Of a stretch of DNA of 64,000 bases, positions 38,072 to 46,987 are shown in pieces. The notes under the pieces were generated by a model, which had not been told where the DNA came from, searched no databases, and saw only the letters and a program-made list of their open reading frames with translations. A program made the position numbers and the translations under genes. Each line of letters starts with the position of its first letter. Position 1 is the first letter of the stretch. The stretch comes from a candidate division WOR-3 bacterium (GTDB taxonomy: Bacteria > Hydrothermota > Tepidihabitantia > Tepidihabitantales > Tepidihabitantaceae), in NCBI GenBank assembly GCA_965649295.1, contig CBFGKH010000009.1, positions 1 through 64,000 on the forward strand, written 5' to 3'.

Positions 38072-38906
38072 GTGGCAGAGTGACGATCCAGTGGCCTGGT
38101 GCCCGGGTTGTGGTAACTTCGGCATCCGGGAAGCGGTCAAGATGGCACTGAGTGACATGCAACTGCTGCCCGAGCAGGTTTGTTTTGTATCCGGCATCGG
38201 GCAGGCTGCCAAGGCGCCGCACTACCTACGTTGCAACCTGTTCAACGGTTTGCACGGCCGAACACTGCCGGTGGCTATCGGTGTAAAGCTCGCTAATCCT
38301 GCCCTGACTGTTATCGCTGAGGGTGGTGACGGAGATGGTTATGCTGAGGGCGGTAACCATTTTCTGCACGCTCTGCGCCGCAACATGGACATCACCTATC
38401 TTGTCCACGACAATCAGGTCTATGGCTTGACAAAGGGCCAGGCATCTCCTACGAGTGAACCAGGGATGGTGACGAAGACGACGCCTTTCGGTGTGAGTGA
38501 GCCTGCTTACAACCCTTTGGCACTGGCTGTCATGCTTGACACAGGTTTTGTGGCGCGGGGGTTCTCCGGGATGCCGGAGCATCTTGCCATGCTTATAAGA
38601 CAAGCGATTAGCTGGCCCGGGTTCGCGGTCGTGGACATACTTCAGCCTTGCGTTAGTTTCAACCATGTCAACACCAGCACGTGGTATCGTCAGCATGTCT
38701 ATGACCTGACGACCGTCGCTGACTATGACCCGACTGATCCAGAAATGGCATTTGCCAAGACTCAGGAATGGGGGGAGCGGATTCCCATCGGAGTGATCTA
38801 TCGGTCACGTCGTCCTAGTTACGACCGGCTGGTGGCCGAGCGAGGGGTGAGTCCAACTGCGACGAGAGAAGCGGCCATCAAGGCTCTCATCGAACAACTG
38901 ATGTAG
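38058..38906 (+). CDS. 2-oxoacid:ferredoxin oxidoreductase beta subunit (KorB-type), copy 2
   Basis: WCPGCGNF, LHGR, GGDGD.Y.EG and DNQVYGLTKGQASPT motifs. Confidence 0.92.
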   Translation: MKPIEWQSDDPVAWCPGCGNFGIREAVKMALSDMQLLPEQVCFVSGIGQAAKAPHYLRCNLFNGLHGRTLPVAIGVKLANPALTVIAEGGDGDGYAEGGNHFLHALRRNMDITYLVHDNQVYGLTKGQASPTSEPGMVTKTTPFGVSEPAYNPLALAVMLDTGFVARGFSGMPEHLAMLIRQAISWPGFAVVDILQPCVSFNHVNTSTWYRQHVYDLTTVADYDPTDPEMAFAKTQEWGERIPIGVIYRSRRPSYDRLVAERGVSPTATREAAIKALIEQLM

Positions 38907-38917
38907 CCGGGTTCGAG

Positions 38918-39868
38918 CTACTCTCTGGAACCGGAGCGAGGATGTGCTTTGCGATAGGTGGCTCTCAGTCGCTCGAGCGTCACATGCGAGTAGATTTGAG
39001 TTGTGGCAAGCGAGGAGTGACCGAGTAGTTCTTGAACCGCTCGCAAATCAGCACCGCGTTCGAGTAGATGTGTAGCGAAAGCATGACGGAGTGCGTGAGG
39101 ATTGGTTGCAGCGGTGCCGTTGACGGCAGACAGAGCACGGCGGACTATTTGCTGAACCGACCGAGTTGACAGTCGGCCACCGTGGGCGTTCAAGAATACC
39201 GGTTGTTGACCTGATTGGCCGGTGGCGGTAAGGTAGCGTTCGAGTGCGTGGCGTTCGGCGCTACCGAGGGGGATGATTCTTGTCTTGCCGCCCTTGCCGC
39301 GTACTTTGATAACTTCGGCGGCGAAGTCGATATCGGCAACGTTGAGCCCGACAAGTTCCGCGACTCTGATCCCTGAACCGTAGAGCGTCTCAAGAATGGC
39401 GGCCTTTCGAAGCGAGCGCAGGTCATCGCCAGTCACCTTGATGGCGGAGTGGAGTTGTTGTTGCGATAACACTACCGGTAGACGTCGTTCTGGTCGTGGT
39501 CGCTTGACTGCGGTCGCCGGGTTGAACTTCAGTTGGTCAGTGCTGACAAGATAACGCAAGAACGACCGGACAGCAGAGAGCTTGCGGCCGGCCGAACGTT
39601 TGTCGTAGCCACCGCGTAGCATGCGGCCAATGAACTCGCGGATGTGCTCGTGAGTGATCGTTGATAACGGTGGGAGGTTGAGTTCATCTGCGCAATAGTC
39701 AAGGAATTGCTGGATATCGGTTCGATAGGCTCGGATTGTGTGTTGCGAGTAGCGGCGTTCCCGGGTGAGATGTGCGAGAAAATCAACTAACGCCCCAGCG
39801 TACGGCTTCGGCGGTGAGTCAATCAGTGGTTCGGCCAGGGCCCGAGTAGTCGTTCTACTACTGCCCAC
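38918..39868 (-). CDS. xerC: Tyrosine recombinase XerC-like (start uncertain)
   Basis: YS.HT..AY..D, LYGSGIRVAEL, GKGGK.R, HALRHAFATHLL..GADLR.VQELLGH and TTQIY (R-K-H-R-H-Y). Confidence 0.9.
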   Translation of the reverse strand: MGSSRTTTRALAEPLIDSPPKPYAGALVDFLAHLTRERRYSQHTIRAYRTDIQQFLDYCADELNLPPLSTITHEHIREFIGRMLRGGYDKRSAGRKLSAVRSFLRYLVSTDQLKFNPATAVKRPRPERRLPVVLSQQQLHSAIKVTGDDLRSLRKAAILETLYGSGIRVAELVGLNVADIDFAAEVIKVRGKGGKTRIIPLGSAERHALERYLTATGQSGQQPVFLNAHGGRLSTRSVQQIVRRALSAVNGTAATNPHALRHAFATHLLERGADLRAVQELLGHSSLATTQIYSHVTLERLRATYRKAHPRSGSRE

Positions 39869-40181
39869 AAACTGGGCAACGTGACTGACAGTTAGGCGGA
39901 GGCGCTGGATGCGTGCCGTCTTCCAGTGTGTTGGAACTCACATATCGGTGATAGAGCCGGCACTGAGTAGAGTAAGTTTCTTCCGGAGTCAGACACGTCT
40001 CGTACCAGAACGACCGATAAGCGTCTGCTGCCGCACGGAGTTCTTCGCGCATGTCCTGTTCGGCCCGACAGACTTTGACGATAGGTCCGTTCGGAACCTT
40101 AGCGAGGCAATAAACTCCGCGGACGCGACAGGGAACCCTCATGTCGACCATGATTGGAGAGAGCAGATACGGTCCACGCAT
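39858..40181 (-). CDS. Small GIY-YIG-like protein with C-terminal HP..P...CPxC motif, catalytic residues apparently decayed
   Basis: M.GPY.L....VD, GVYCL, Y..F.Y, C.LYH.Y and HP.PP....CPVC match the pattern of a small GIY-YIG-related family as I recall it; ATG 40181. Confidence 0.6.
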   Translation of the reverse strand: MRGPYLLSPIMVDMRVPCRVRGVYCLAKVPNGPIVKVCRAEQDMREELRAAADAYRSFWYETCLTPEETYSTQCRLYHRYVSSNTLEDGTHPAPPPNCQSRCPVCGQ

Positions 40182-40407
40182 AGATGTAACCTCAGCGACT
40201 AATTGTGATACCGGCAACGGCAGCTGTCAATAGTTGTCGTCGCCGAAGACTGAACGGTGCGGCTCAGACAGACAATAGAGTCGCCGGCTATCGTGACCAA
40301 AGACAGCTTCGATTTCGACGCTCACTACTCTGCGCTGTCGGTAATTGGTCATAGGACGTAGGACTCCCGGCAGGTCCTTAGCTGAGAAACTGTAACAGGA
40401 ACGCCCG

Positions 40408-40659
40408 GACCCGGCACTAGACCAGTATGGAGACGAGGGGCTGAGCTTTCAGGACGACATGCTTCCTGACAGCAGTTGCAGCGCAGTCTGCGATAGCAAC
40501 AGACGGAGATGGACAGGAACATCTGGATGCGTAATGGGGGTCATTGATCGTGACTGCAACAAGGGCGCGACCCTGGACATACATCTAAGGGATTGGTGAG
40601 ACCAAGTGGGGAACTATCCCCGGGACGGTAGGGTGGATGTCAGGGAGAGTCTCGTATCA
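40408..40659. repeat. Degenerate 12-bp-period array (RRY, mostly GAC, + 9 variable nt), about 21 units
   Basis: GAC at 40408, 40420, 40432, 40456, 40468, 40552, 40576, 40600 and 40624, all in one 12-bp phase; 16/21 units begin with RRY. Confidence 0.7.
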
Positions 40660-40960
40660 ATTTGCTAGCGCACGAGTTAGGACTTCCAGACTACCTGCAC
40701 GTATCCCTGTCGCAGGACTTAATGACTAGTTGTTAGTCTGCTCAGGTATTAGTCAGAGCTAGTATAACTATGAGATGACGTACGACCGCGTGACCGGTCA
40801 GAATGGTGTTTTGCCCAGCTCTTGAGTTAGGAGATGGCGCAGACTCCGATTGCAGCGATCCTTTTTTGCGCTCTGCTCGGCGTGCAACAATTGGTCTCGG
40901 GCCGTCGAGATACGGTCGGGGATGCTTGTCAGTTGGCTGGTCAATCGCTAGCCTGTTAGC

Positions 40961-41842
40961 GTGAGAGAGATCAGAATTGGCACGAGTGGCTTCTCCTTTG
41001 CAGACTGGCTGGGTCCAGTTTATCCCCGGTCATTGCCGGCGGCGCGCATGCTCGAGTTCTATGAATCAAAGCTTGGCTTCGACTGCGTGGAGTTGAATTT
41101 CACTTTCTATACGATGCCCGTTGCCAAAACATTGGAGTCTATGGCTGAACGCACCAAGGCGAGTTTTCTCTTTGTGGTGCGCAGTCATCGGCTGATGACG
41201 CATGAAATCTGGGACGAGGGCTCGCGTTCACGGCTGCGTGACGTTACTGCTGACTTCACTCGATTTCGGCAAGGACTTGAGCCGCTGATTGAGCGGCGAC
41301 GATTGGCTTGCGTCTTGGTTCAGTTCCCAACGTTTTTTCATCGGTGCACCGCGAATACTGATTATCTCGTGCGGCTACCGTCGTTGTTGCCGGATACGGA
41401 CGTCGTTGTTGAGTTCCGCAACCGAAGCTGGCTGGTCGAAGAGACTTTCGAGTTACTGAAGAAAGAGGGGATCGGCTACTGCGTAGTTGACGAACCACAG
41501 CTTGGTCCGCTGCTGCCATTTGTGGTCAGGCGAACATCGGCAATCGCCTACTTCCGATTGCATGGTCGCAACCCGGCTTGGTTCAAGGCCGGGCGGTCCG
41601 AGCGTTACAACTACAGCTACACACCGGCAGAGCTAGGTGAGTTTGCTGCCGCGGTGCGTTCTGTCAGCGACGATGCCGATCGCACTCTTGTTTTCTTCAA
41701 CAACTGTCACGCGGGTGCTGCCGCTCGTAACGCGCTGATGATGAAACAGATGCTCGGGCTGGTATCCAGCCTGACGCCAGAACAGGCTCAAGTTGTTGCC
41801 GGAAATGACGTAGCAACCGGTCAGCAGCTTGACTTGAACTAG
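40961..41842 (+). CDS. DUF72 (YecE-like) protein
   Basis: IGTSGF...W.G..YP, VELN.TFY, VEFRN.SW, VDEP, YFRLHGRN, YNYSY and FFNN motifs. Confidence 0.92.
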   Translation: MREIRIGTSGFSFADWLGPVYPRSLPAARMLEFYESKLGFDCVELNFTFYTMPVAKTLESMAERTKASFLFVVRSHRLMTHEIWDEGSRSRLRDVTADFTRFRQGLEPLIERRRLACVLVQFPTFFHRCTANTDYLVRLPSLLPDTDVVVEFRNRSWLVEETFELLKKEGIGYCVVDEPQLGPLLPFVVRRTSAIAYFRLHGRNPAWFKAGRSERYNYSYTPAELGEFAAAVRSVSDDADRTLVFFNNCHAGAAARNALMMKQMLGLVSSLTPEQAQVVAGNDVATGQQLDLN

Positions 41843-41863
41843 CGGTTCAATATAGTCAGCGCG

Positions 41864-43447
41864 ATGAAAGTGACGCTGGCTGGTTTCAACATTGACAGCG
41901 AGCTGATTGATGTTTTGCGACGAAAACATCGTCTGCAACCGACGCCTGAAGTCATCTCTGCTGCGTACGCGCGGATCAGCCGGAGCAATAAGCCGATTGA
42001 GGAGCTGCGACGCGAGGCACGTCGTGAGCTGGACAAGGCGCGACGATCGAATCTGACGATTGTGTACGAGATGGGGCATCATTCGATTGCCGAACACGCA
42101 GTTTTCAATTTCGATGTCGAGGGCGTCTCGCGATTGGCGGTCGAAGCGTTGGAGCATCACCGGCTCAACGCTTACACCGAGCGTTCGCAACGGTATGTTC
42201 GGCTTGACGAACAGTTCATCGTGCCGGAGGAGATTCGCTCTAGCGACCTAGCAACAGACTTTGTGGCGGTGACGCAGGTTCAGTTGGCATTCTATCGCGA
42301 GCTGCTACCCAAACTGATAGCCTACTTCAGGACAAAGACCGATGACCCCAGCCAAGCAGAGAACTGGGCGAAAGAGGATGCGCGCTACATCACGAACCTT
42401 GCCACGGCAACGCAACTAGGGATGACGGTGAATGCCCGTAATCTCGAGCTAATGCTGCGAACGCTGGCCGCAAGCGAGCTTTGCGAGGTGTCTCAACTAG
42501 GGAGCGCCCTATATGAGCTAGCGGCGGCGGTTGCACCTTCGCTCATTCTTTTTCCGCAACCGACTCGTTATGAGAAGGCGACATACCCGCGCATCCGCGA
42601 GTTTGCCCAGAGCTTCATGGTGCCAGCATTCCCGCGTCGGCCGCGCAATTTCATCGCCCTGTCGGCTTCCGACGTGGTGCTAGTTGACTACACTCAGAAC
42701 GCCGATAACAAATTGCTGGCTGCTCTGATGCACTCTGGCTCGCATGCCTCATTCGCCGAGTGCCTTAGCCGGACTGAGCGCCAGACGCTGGCACGCAAGA
42801 AGGAAGTGTTCAAGCTGGCCTGTCAAGATATGCAGGCCTATGATGCGGCGTTGCGTGAGTTCGAGCATCTCAATCTGACCTTTGAGGTCGTCCTGTCGGC
42901 ATCGGCTTTTGCTCAGCTTAAGCGCCATCGGCTAATGTCGCTCACTGCTCAGGCCTATAGTCCAAGCCATGGCTGGACGATTCCGCAATCGGTCGCGGAA
43001 GTGAAGGAGCACAAGAACTTCAAGGACATTCTGACTCAGACCGAAGAGGTCTATGAACGAATCGCGGCGGTGAGTCCGGCTGCGGCGCAATATGTACTCA
43101 CCAACTCGCATCAGCGACGGGTGCTGGTGACTGTTGACTGCCGTGAGCTCTATCATATGTCGCGATTACGCGAGGACCACACGGCGCAATGGGATATTCG
43201 TGACATTGTGGGCAGAATGGTTGAGCAGGCCCGTCACGTTATGCCGCTTGCCCTACTGCTGGCGGGCGGTAAGGATAATTATCCGAAGGTTTACGAGGAA
43301 CTGTTTGGCAGACCGCCGGAGGTTACTAAGCTTGAGTTGCCCGGGCCGCGGCCGCTGAGCAGTGCGCACCGAACTAAGCGTCCGAAGCGGCCGCGAACAC
43401 CGTCAGCGACTGCTGGCGATTCTTCGGCTAGTGTTGAGGTGAGCTAG
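41864..43447 (+). CDS. thyX: FAD-dependent thymidylate synthase, two-domain form
   Basis: GH.SIAEH, HHR...ERSQRY, EDARY and NARNL in the N-half; REFEH, QLKRHR, N.REL.H..RLR and AQWDIR-like motifs in the C-half; promoter TTGACT-N16-TATAGT-N7-ATG. Confidence 0.88.
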   Translation: MKVTLAGFNIDSELIDVLRRKHRLQPTPEVISAAYARISRSNKPIEELRREARRELDKARRSNLTIVYEMGHHSIAEHAVFNFDVEGVSRLAVEALEHHRLNAYTERSQRYVRLDEQFIVPEEIRSSDLATDFVAVTQVQLAFYRELLPKLIAYFRTKTDDPSQAENWAKEDARYITNLATATQLGMTVNARNLELMLRTLAASELCEVSQLGSALYELAAAVAPSLILFPQPTRYEKATYPRIREFAQSFMVPAFPRRPRNFIALSASDVVLVDYTQNADNKLLAALMHSGSHASFAECLSRTERQTLARKKEVFKLACQDMQAYDAALREFEHLNLTFEVVLSASAFAQLKRHRLMSLTAQAYSPSHGWTIPQSVAEVKEHKNFKDILTQTEEVYERIAAVSPAAAQYVLTNSHQRRVLVTVDCRELYHMSRLREDHTAQWDIRDIVGRMVEQARHVMPLALLLAGGKDNYPKVYEELFGRPPEVTKLELPGPRPLSSAHRTKRPKRPRTPSATAGDSSASVEVS

Positions 43448-43798
43448 ATGCAGGTATCGACCCAAGCCGACCTGATTGCTGCAGTCAGGAGCGGTGCAGC
43501 GGAGATAGTAGTAAGCGACCCGCGACTTTGTCGCAAGGTCAGGCTTTGGTCAGCGCTGAGAACAGTTGCCAATCTCCTGGTGGTGGTTGTGTTAGCGGTG
43601 GCGATTTTCATCTGGGCCAATCCACTGAATCTCTCCGAGTTCAAGGCTGGCTGGATGCTCAATCTGCGACGGATCATACTCGCCTTTGGTGTCCTGCTGC
43701 TCTTTGCTGACTACGTCATCCCGGTTGTTCGGCTCTACAAGATTGTTGGTCGGGATGGCAACGGGCTCAGGCTAGTTCCGAGAAAACCTACTAGTTAG
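43448..43798 (+). CDS. Hypothetical membrane protein (two TM segments)
   Basis: ATG immediately after the thyX stop; two hydrophobic stretches. Confidence 0.65.
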   Translation: MQVSTQADLIAAVRSGAAEIVVSDPRLCRKVRLWSALRTVANLLVVVVLAVAIFIWANPLNLSEFKAGWMLNLRRIILAFGVLLLFADYVIPVVRLYKIVGRDGNGLRLVPRKPTS

Positions 43799-43804
43799 CT
43801 GCGG

Positions 43805-45880
43805 CTAGCGCTGTTCGGCGAAGAGGGGGTAGAGTCGCTCCCGCGTCGCCTGGTCAACTGGGCTGAAACGGCAAAACTGCATGGAGTTTGTGGCCCGGCC
43901 TTGGGTCAGGGAGCGCAGAGCAGTGGCATAGCCGAAAGTCTTGGCTAGCGGCAATTCGGCGGTGACGATCTGGTGACCCTTCACCGGCTCCAAACGGATG
44001 ACGCGGCCGTCGCGGCTGGTGATGTCGTTTAGCACAGCGCCTAAAAAGTTTTCTGGTGTCACAACTTCGAGCAGCATTATCGGTTCGAGGAAAGTTGGGG
44101 ACGCAGCCATGAAGGCGTCGCGAAAAGCAGCAGCTGCGGCAACTTTGAAGTCAACGTCCATGGAATCTACTTCGTGGTACTCAGCGTCCTGTATTCTGGT
44201 GCTCACACCAACGATCGGATAGCCGGCGAGAACACCTGCCTCGTAGGATTCCCGAACTGCCTGTTCGATTGCCGTGACAAACTGCTTAGGAATCTTCCCA
44301 GCGGGAATTGCGGTAACAACGCTGTTCTCACCAGTGCTTGGTTCGACCGCCAGCTTGACGATTGCAAAGTGTCCGTGACCGCCGCTTTGGCGGATGAACC
44401 GACCTTCAGCAGTTGCCGTTGCGGTGATTGTTTCTCGATAGGAAACCTGCGGTCGTCCAGGATGAACCTCGACTTTGTAGTCACGCTGCAGCCGATCAAG
44501 CAAGATTTCGAGATGCAGCTCACCCATGCCCGACAAGATTAGCTGACCAGTTTCCTCGTCGGTCCGTACTTTGAAAGTCGGGTCCTCGAGCGCGAGCGTT
44601 TCAAGAGCGGTGTGCAGTTTTTCTTCATCAGCCTTAGTACGTGGTTCGACAGCAAGAAAAACGACTGGCTCCGGAAAGTTGATTGGTTCAAAGGCTATTG
44701 GGTGTGACAGGCTCGCCAGAGTCTGGCCGGTGCGTGTCTCCTTCATGCCAACGACGGCGCCAATCTCGCCGGCGCTGAGCGTTGTTGTTTCTTGGGGACG
44801 GTTGGCATGCATAATCACGAGTTTTGGCACCCGTACTCGCTTCATCGTTGGCACGGCCATTACGACATCGCCTTGCTGAACGCAACCCGAATAGACTCGG
44901 ATGTAGTTCAGCATTCCGCGCATCGGGTCGGCTGCGAGCTTGAAGATTAGCGCCGCAAAGGGCGCAGCCGGGTCAGGGGGCCGCGATTCAGGGTTGCCGG
45001 TGAGTGGATTTTTGCCGGTTATCGGCGGCACGTCGAGAGGTGATGGTAGATAGTCAACGATGCCGTCGAGCAGCTTCTGGATGCCTTTGTTCTTGAAGGC
45101 AGTTCCACAGAACACAGGGACGACCTTTAGGCTGAGTGTGCCGCGACGGATGGCGGCAACGAGGTCAGAGGCAGTAACAGAATCGCCACCCAGGTAGATT
45201 TCAAGGAGTCTCTCATCGAATGTGGTAATGACGTCAATGAGATGGTGCCGCGCCGCAGCGAGTTCGGCTTGACGTTCTTCGGGTATCGGCACTTCTTCGA
45301 ACGTTGCCCCAAGGTCGTCGGTATGCCAGACAAATGCCTTTTCAGCAACCACATCGATAACTCCTCGAAACTCGTCCTCGGTTCCAATCGGCAACTGCAC
45401 CGGCAGTGGCACCTGTTCAAACTTTTCGCTCATCATCTTGACCACCCGATAGAAATCAGCGCCGACGCGGTCGAGCTTGTTAACGAAAGCGATGCGCGGG
45501 ACGCGGTAGCGATCAGCCTGTCGCCAGACAGTCTCGGACTGTGGTTCCACACCACCGACTGCACAGAAAACGATGACAGCGCCGTCCAGAACTTTGAGTG
45601 AGCGCTCGACCTCGATGGTGAAGTCGACGTGGCCCGGAGTATCAATGATATTGATGTGGTGACCACGCCACTGGACGGCTGTAGCGGCCGCGGTTATCGT
45701 AATTCCGCGCTCGCGTTCTTGAATCATCCAATCCATTTGGGTCGTGCCGGCATCGATCTCGCCCATACGGTGGATTCTGCCCGAGTAGTAAAGGATACGC
45801 TCGGTGGTTGTCGTCTTACCGGCGTCAATATGTGCAGCGATGCCGATGTTTCGAACGTAGCGCAGATCAAGTGCGGCCAT
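43805..45880 (-). CDS. fusA: Elongation factor G (stand-alone copy)
   Basis: [58 protein letters not shown] and LRSLTQGRA motifs. Confidence 0.95.
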   Translation of the reverse strand: MAALDLRYVRNIGIAAHIDAGKTTTTERILYYSGRIHRMGEIDAGTTQMDWMIQERERGITITAAATAVQWRGHHINIIDTPGHVDFTIEVERSLKVLDGAVIVFCAVGGVEPQSETVWRQADRYRVPRIAFVNKLDRVGADFYRVVKMMSEKFEQVPLPVQLPIGTEDEFRGVIDVVAEKAFVWHTDDLGATFEEVPIPEERQAELAAARHHLIDVITTFDERLLEIYLGGDSVTASDLVAAIRRGTLSLKVVPVFCGTAFKNKGIQKLLDGIVDYLPSPLDVPPITGKNPLTGNPESRPPDPAAPFAALIFKLAADPMRGMLNYIRVYSGCVQQGDVVMAVPTMKRVRVPKLVIMHANRPQETTTLSAGEIGAVVGMKETRTGQTLASLSHPIAFEPINFPEPVVFLAVEPRTKADEEKLHTALETLALEDPTFKVRTDEETGQLILSGMGELHLEILLDRLQRDYKVEVHPGRPQVSYRETITATATAEGRFIRQSGGHGHFAIVKLAVEPSTGENSVVTAIPAGKIPKQFVTAIEQAVRESYEAGVLAGYPIVGVSTRIQDAEYHEVDSMDVDFKVAAAAAFRDAFMAASPTFLEPIMLLEVVTPENFLGAVLNDITSRDGRVIRLEPVKGHQIVTAELPLAKTFGYATALRSLTQGRATNSMQFCRFSPVDQATRERLYPLFAEQR

Positions 45881-46009
45881 GGGGCTGATACTCTATTGAC
45901 CGGCAACGGATAGTCAAGAAGCCGGCAACCACCGGACGAGTGGCCATAGCCTTGACTTGGCAGGCAGTTGGACTATTCTCTCAGCCCTTACCTACCATGG
46001 AGGCAATGA

Positions 46010-46987
46010 TTGCCTGACAAGTTCAAATTCGGGTTCTACTGGGCGGCCTCTTGTGGAGGCTGCGAGATCGCCGTGCTCGATATGAACGAGAAGATTCTTG
46101 AAGTGATCGAGCGGGCCGAGATCGTCCTTTGGCCAGTGGCGATGGATACGAAGTATGACGACGTCCGCCAGATGCCTGACCGGTGGATCGATGTCTGTTT
46201 TTTCAATGGCTCAGTGCGCAATTCCGAACAACTGGAGCTAGCCGAACTACTACGCAAAAAGAGCAAGATACTCGTCGCGTTCGGGTCGTGTGCGCATCAC
46301 GGCTGCATTCCAGGGCTTGCAAACCTCTCCAATCGCAAGCAGATTCTCGACCATGTGTATACCGAGGAGGTCTCGGTCGAGAACCCCGACAGGACGGTTC
46401 CGCGGGTTAGAACCAGTGTTCCTGAGGGAGAGCTAGCGCTGCCGGAGTTCTTCGACAGGGTGTCGCCGCTCGCTGGGGTTGTTGACGTGGACTACTATCT
46501 GCCTGGTTGTCCGCCGCCGGTGCCGCTGATCGTTGGTGCTGTCCAGGCGATATTTGACGGAAAGCTCCCGGCGAAGGGTGCGGTGTTGGCGCCGGTTAAG
46601 GCGCTTTGCGACGAGTGCGACCGTAACCTGCACGCAGCCAAGAAGATGCCAGATATTAAACGGGCCTATGAGATTCAAGCAGATTCCAAGCGGTGCTTTC
46701 TAGAGCAGGGTATCATATGCATGGGTCCGGTGACTCGGGCTGGCTGCGGTCAGCGCTGCATCAATGGCAACTGGCCGTGTACCGGTTGCATGGGGCCCAC
46801 GCCTGAAGTTAGTGACCAGGGCGGGAAGATGATTTCAGCTCTGAGTTCGATCCTGCGCGTGGATGACGAGAAAGATATCTCTCGTGCCGATACCGAGAAG
46901 CTGCTGTCTGGAGTGAAGGACCCGGTGGGCACGTTCTACATGTACAGCTTCGCTAGCGCGACCATCAATCGCCGGAGGCAGCAGTGA
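46010..46987 (+). CDS. mvhG: F420-non-reducing (group 3c-type) NiFe hydrogenase small subunit
   Basis: ASCGGC, FGSCA..G.IPGL.N, LPGCPP, LCDEC.R and CFL.QG..CMGP.T..GC...C....PC.GC motifs. Confidence 0.85.
   Translation: MPDKFKFGFYWAASCGGCEIAVLDMNEKILEVIERAEIVLWPVAMDTKYDDVRQMPDRWIDVCFFNGSVRNSEQLELAELLRKKSKILVAFGSCAHHGCIPGLANLSNRKQILDHVYTEEVSVENPDRTVPRVRTSVPEGELALPEFFDRVSPLAGVVDVDYYLPGCPPPVPLIVGAVQAIFDGKLPAKGAVLAPVKALCDECDRNLHAAKKMPDIKRAYEIQADSKRCFLEQGIICMGPVTRAGCGQRCINGNWPCTGCMGPTPEVSDQGGKMISALSSILRVDDEKDISRADTEKLLSGVKDPVGTFYMYSFASATINRRRQQ

Noticed and set aside
10223..40659. CRISPR or TIGR-type interpretation of the two 12-bp arrays
   Set aside because: No identical repeats of 20 bp or more and no box C/D-like repeats; no cas or Nop-domain/IS110 gene in the window.
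40220..40960. tmRNA, RNase P RNA, SRP RNA or tRNA in the large intergenic gap
   Set aside because: No hallmark motifs (GAGGAAAGTCC, tRNA-like ends, T-loop with acceptor stem) recognised by eye on either strand; an Rfam search is still advisable.
41834..41850. TTGAAC-N5-GTTCAA palindrome in the thyX promoter spacer as a LexA or NrdR box
   Set aside because: Spacing is GAAC-N5-GTTC rather than N4, it does not fit the NrdR consensus, and it is a single short instance.
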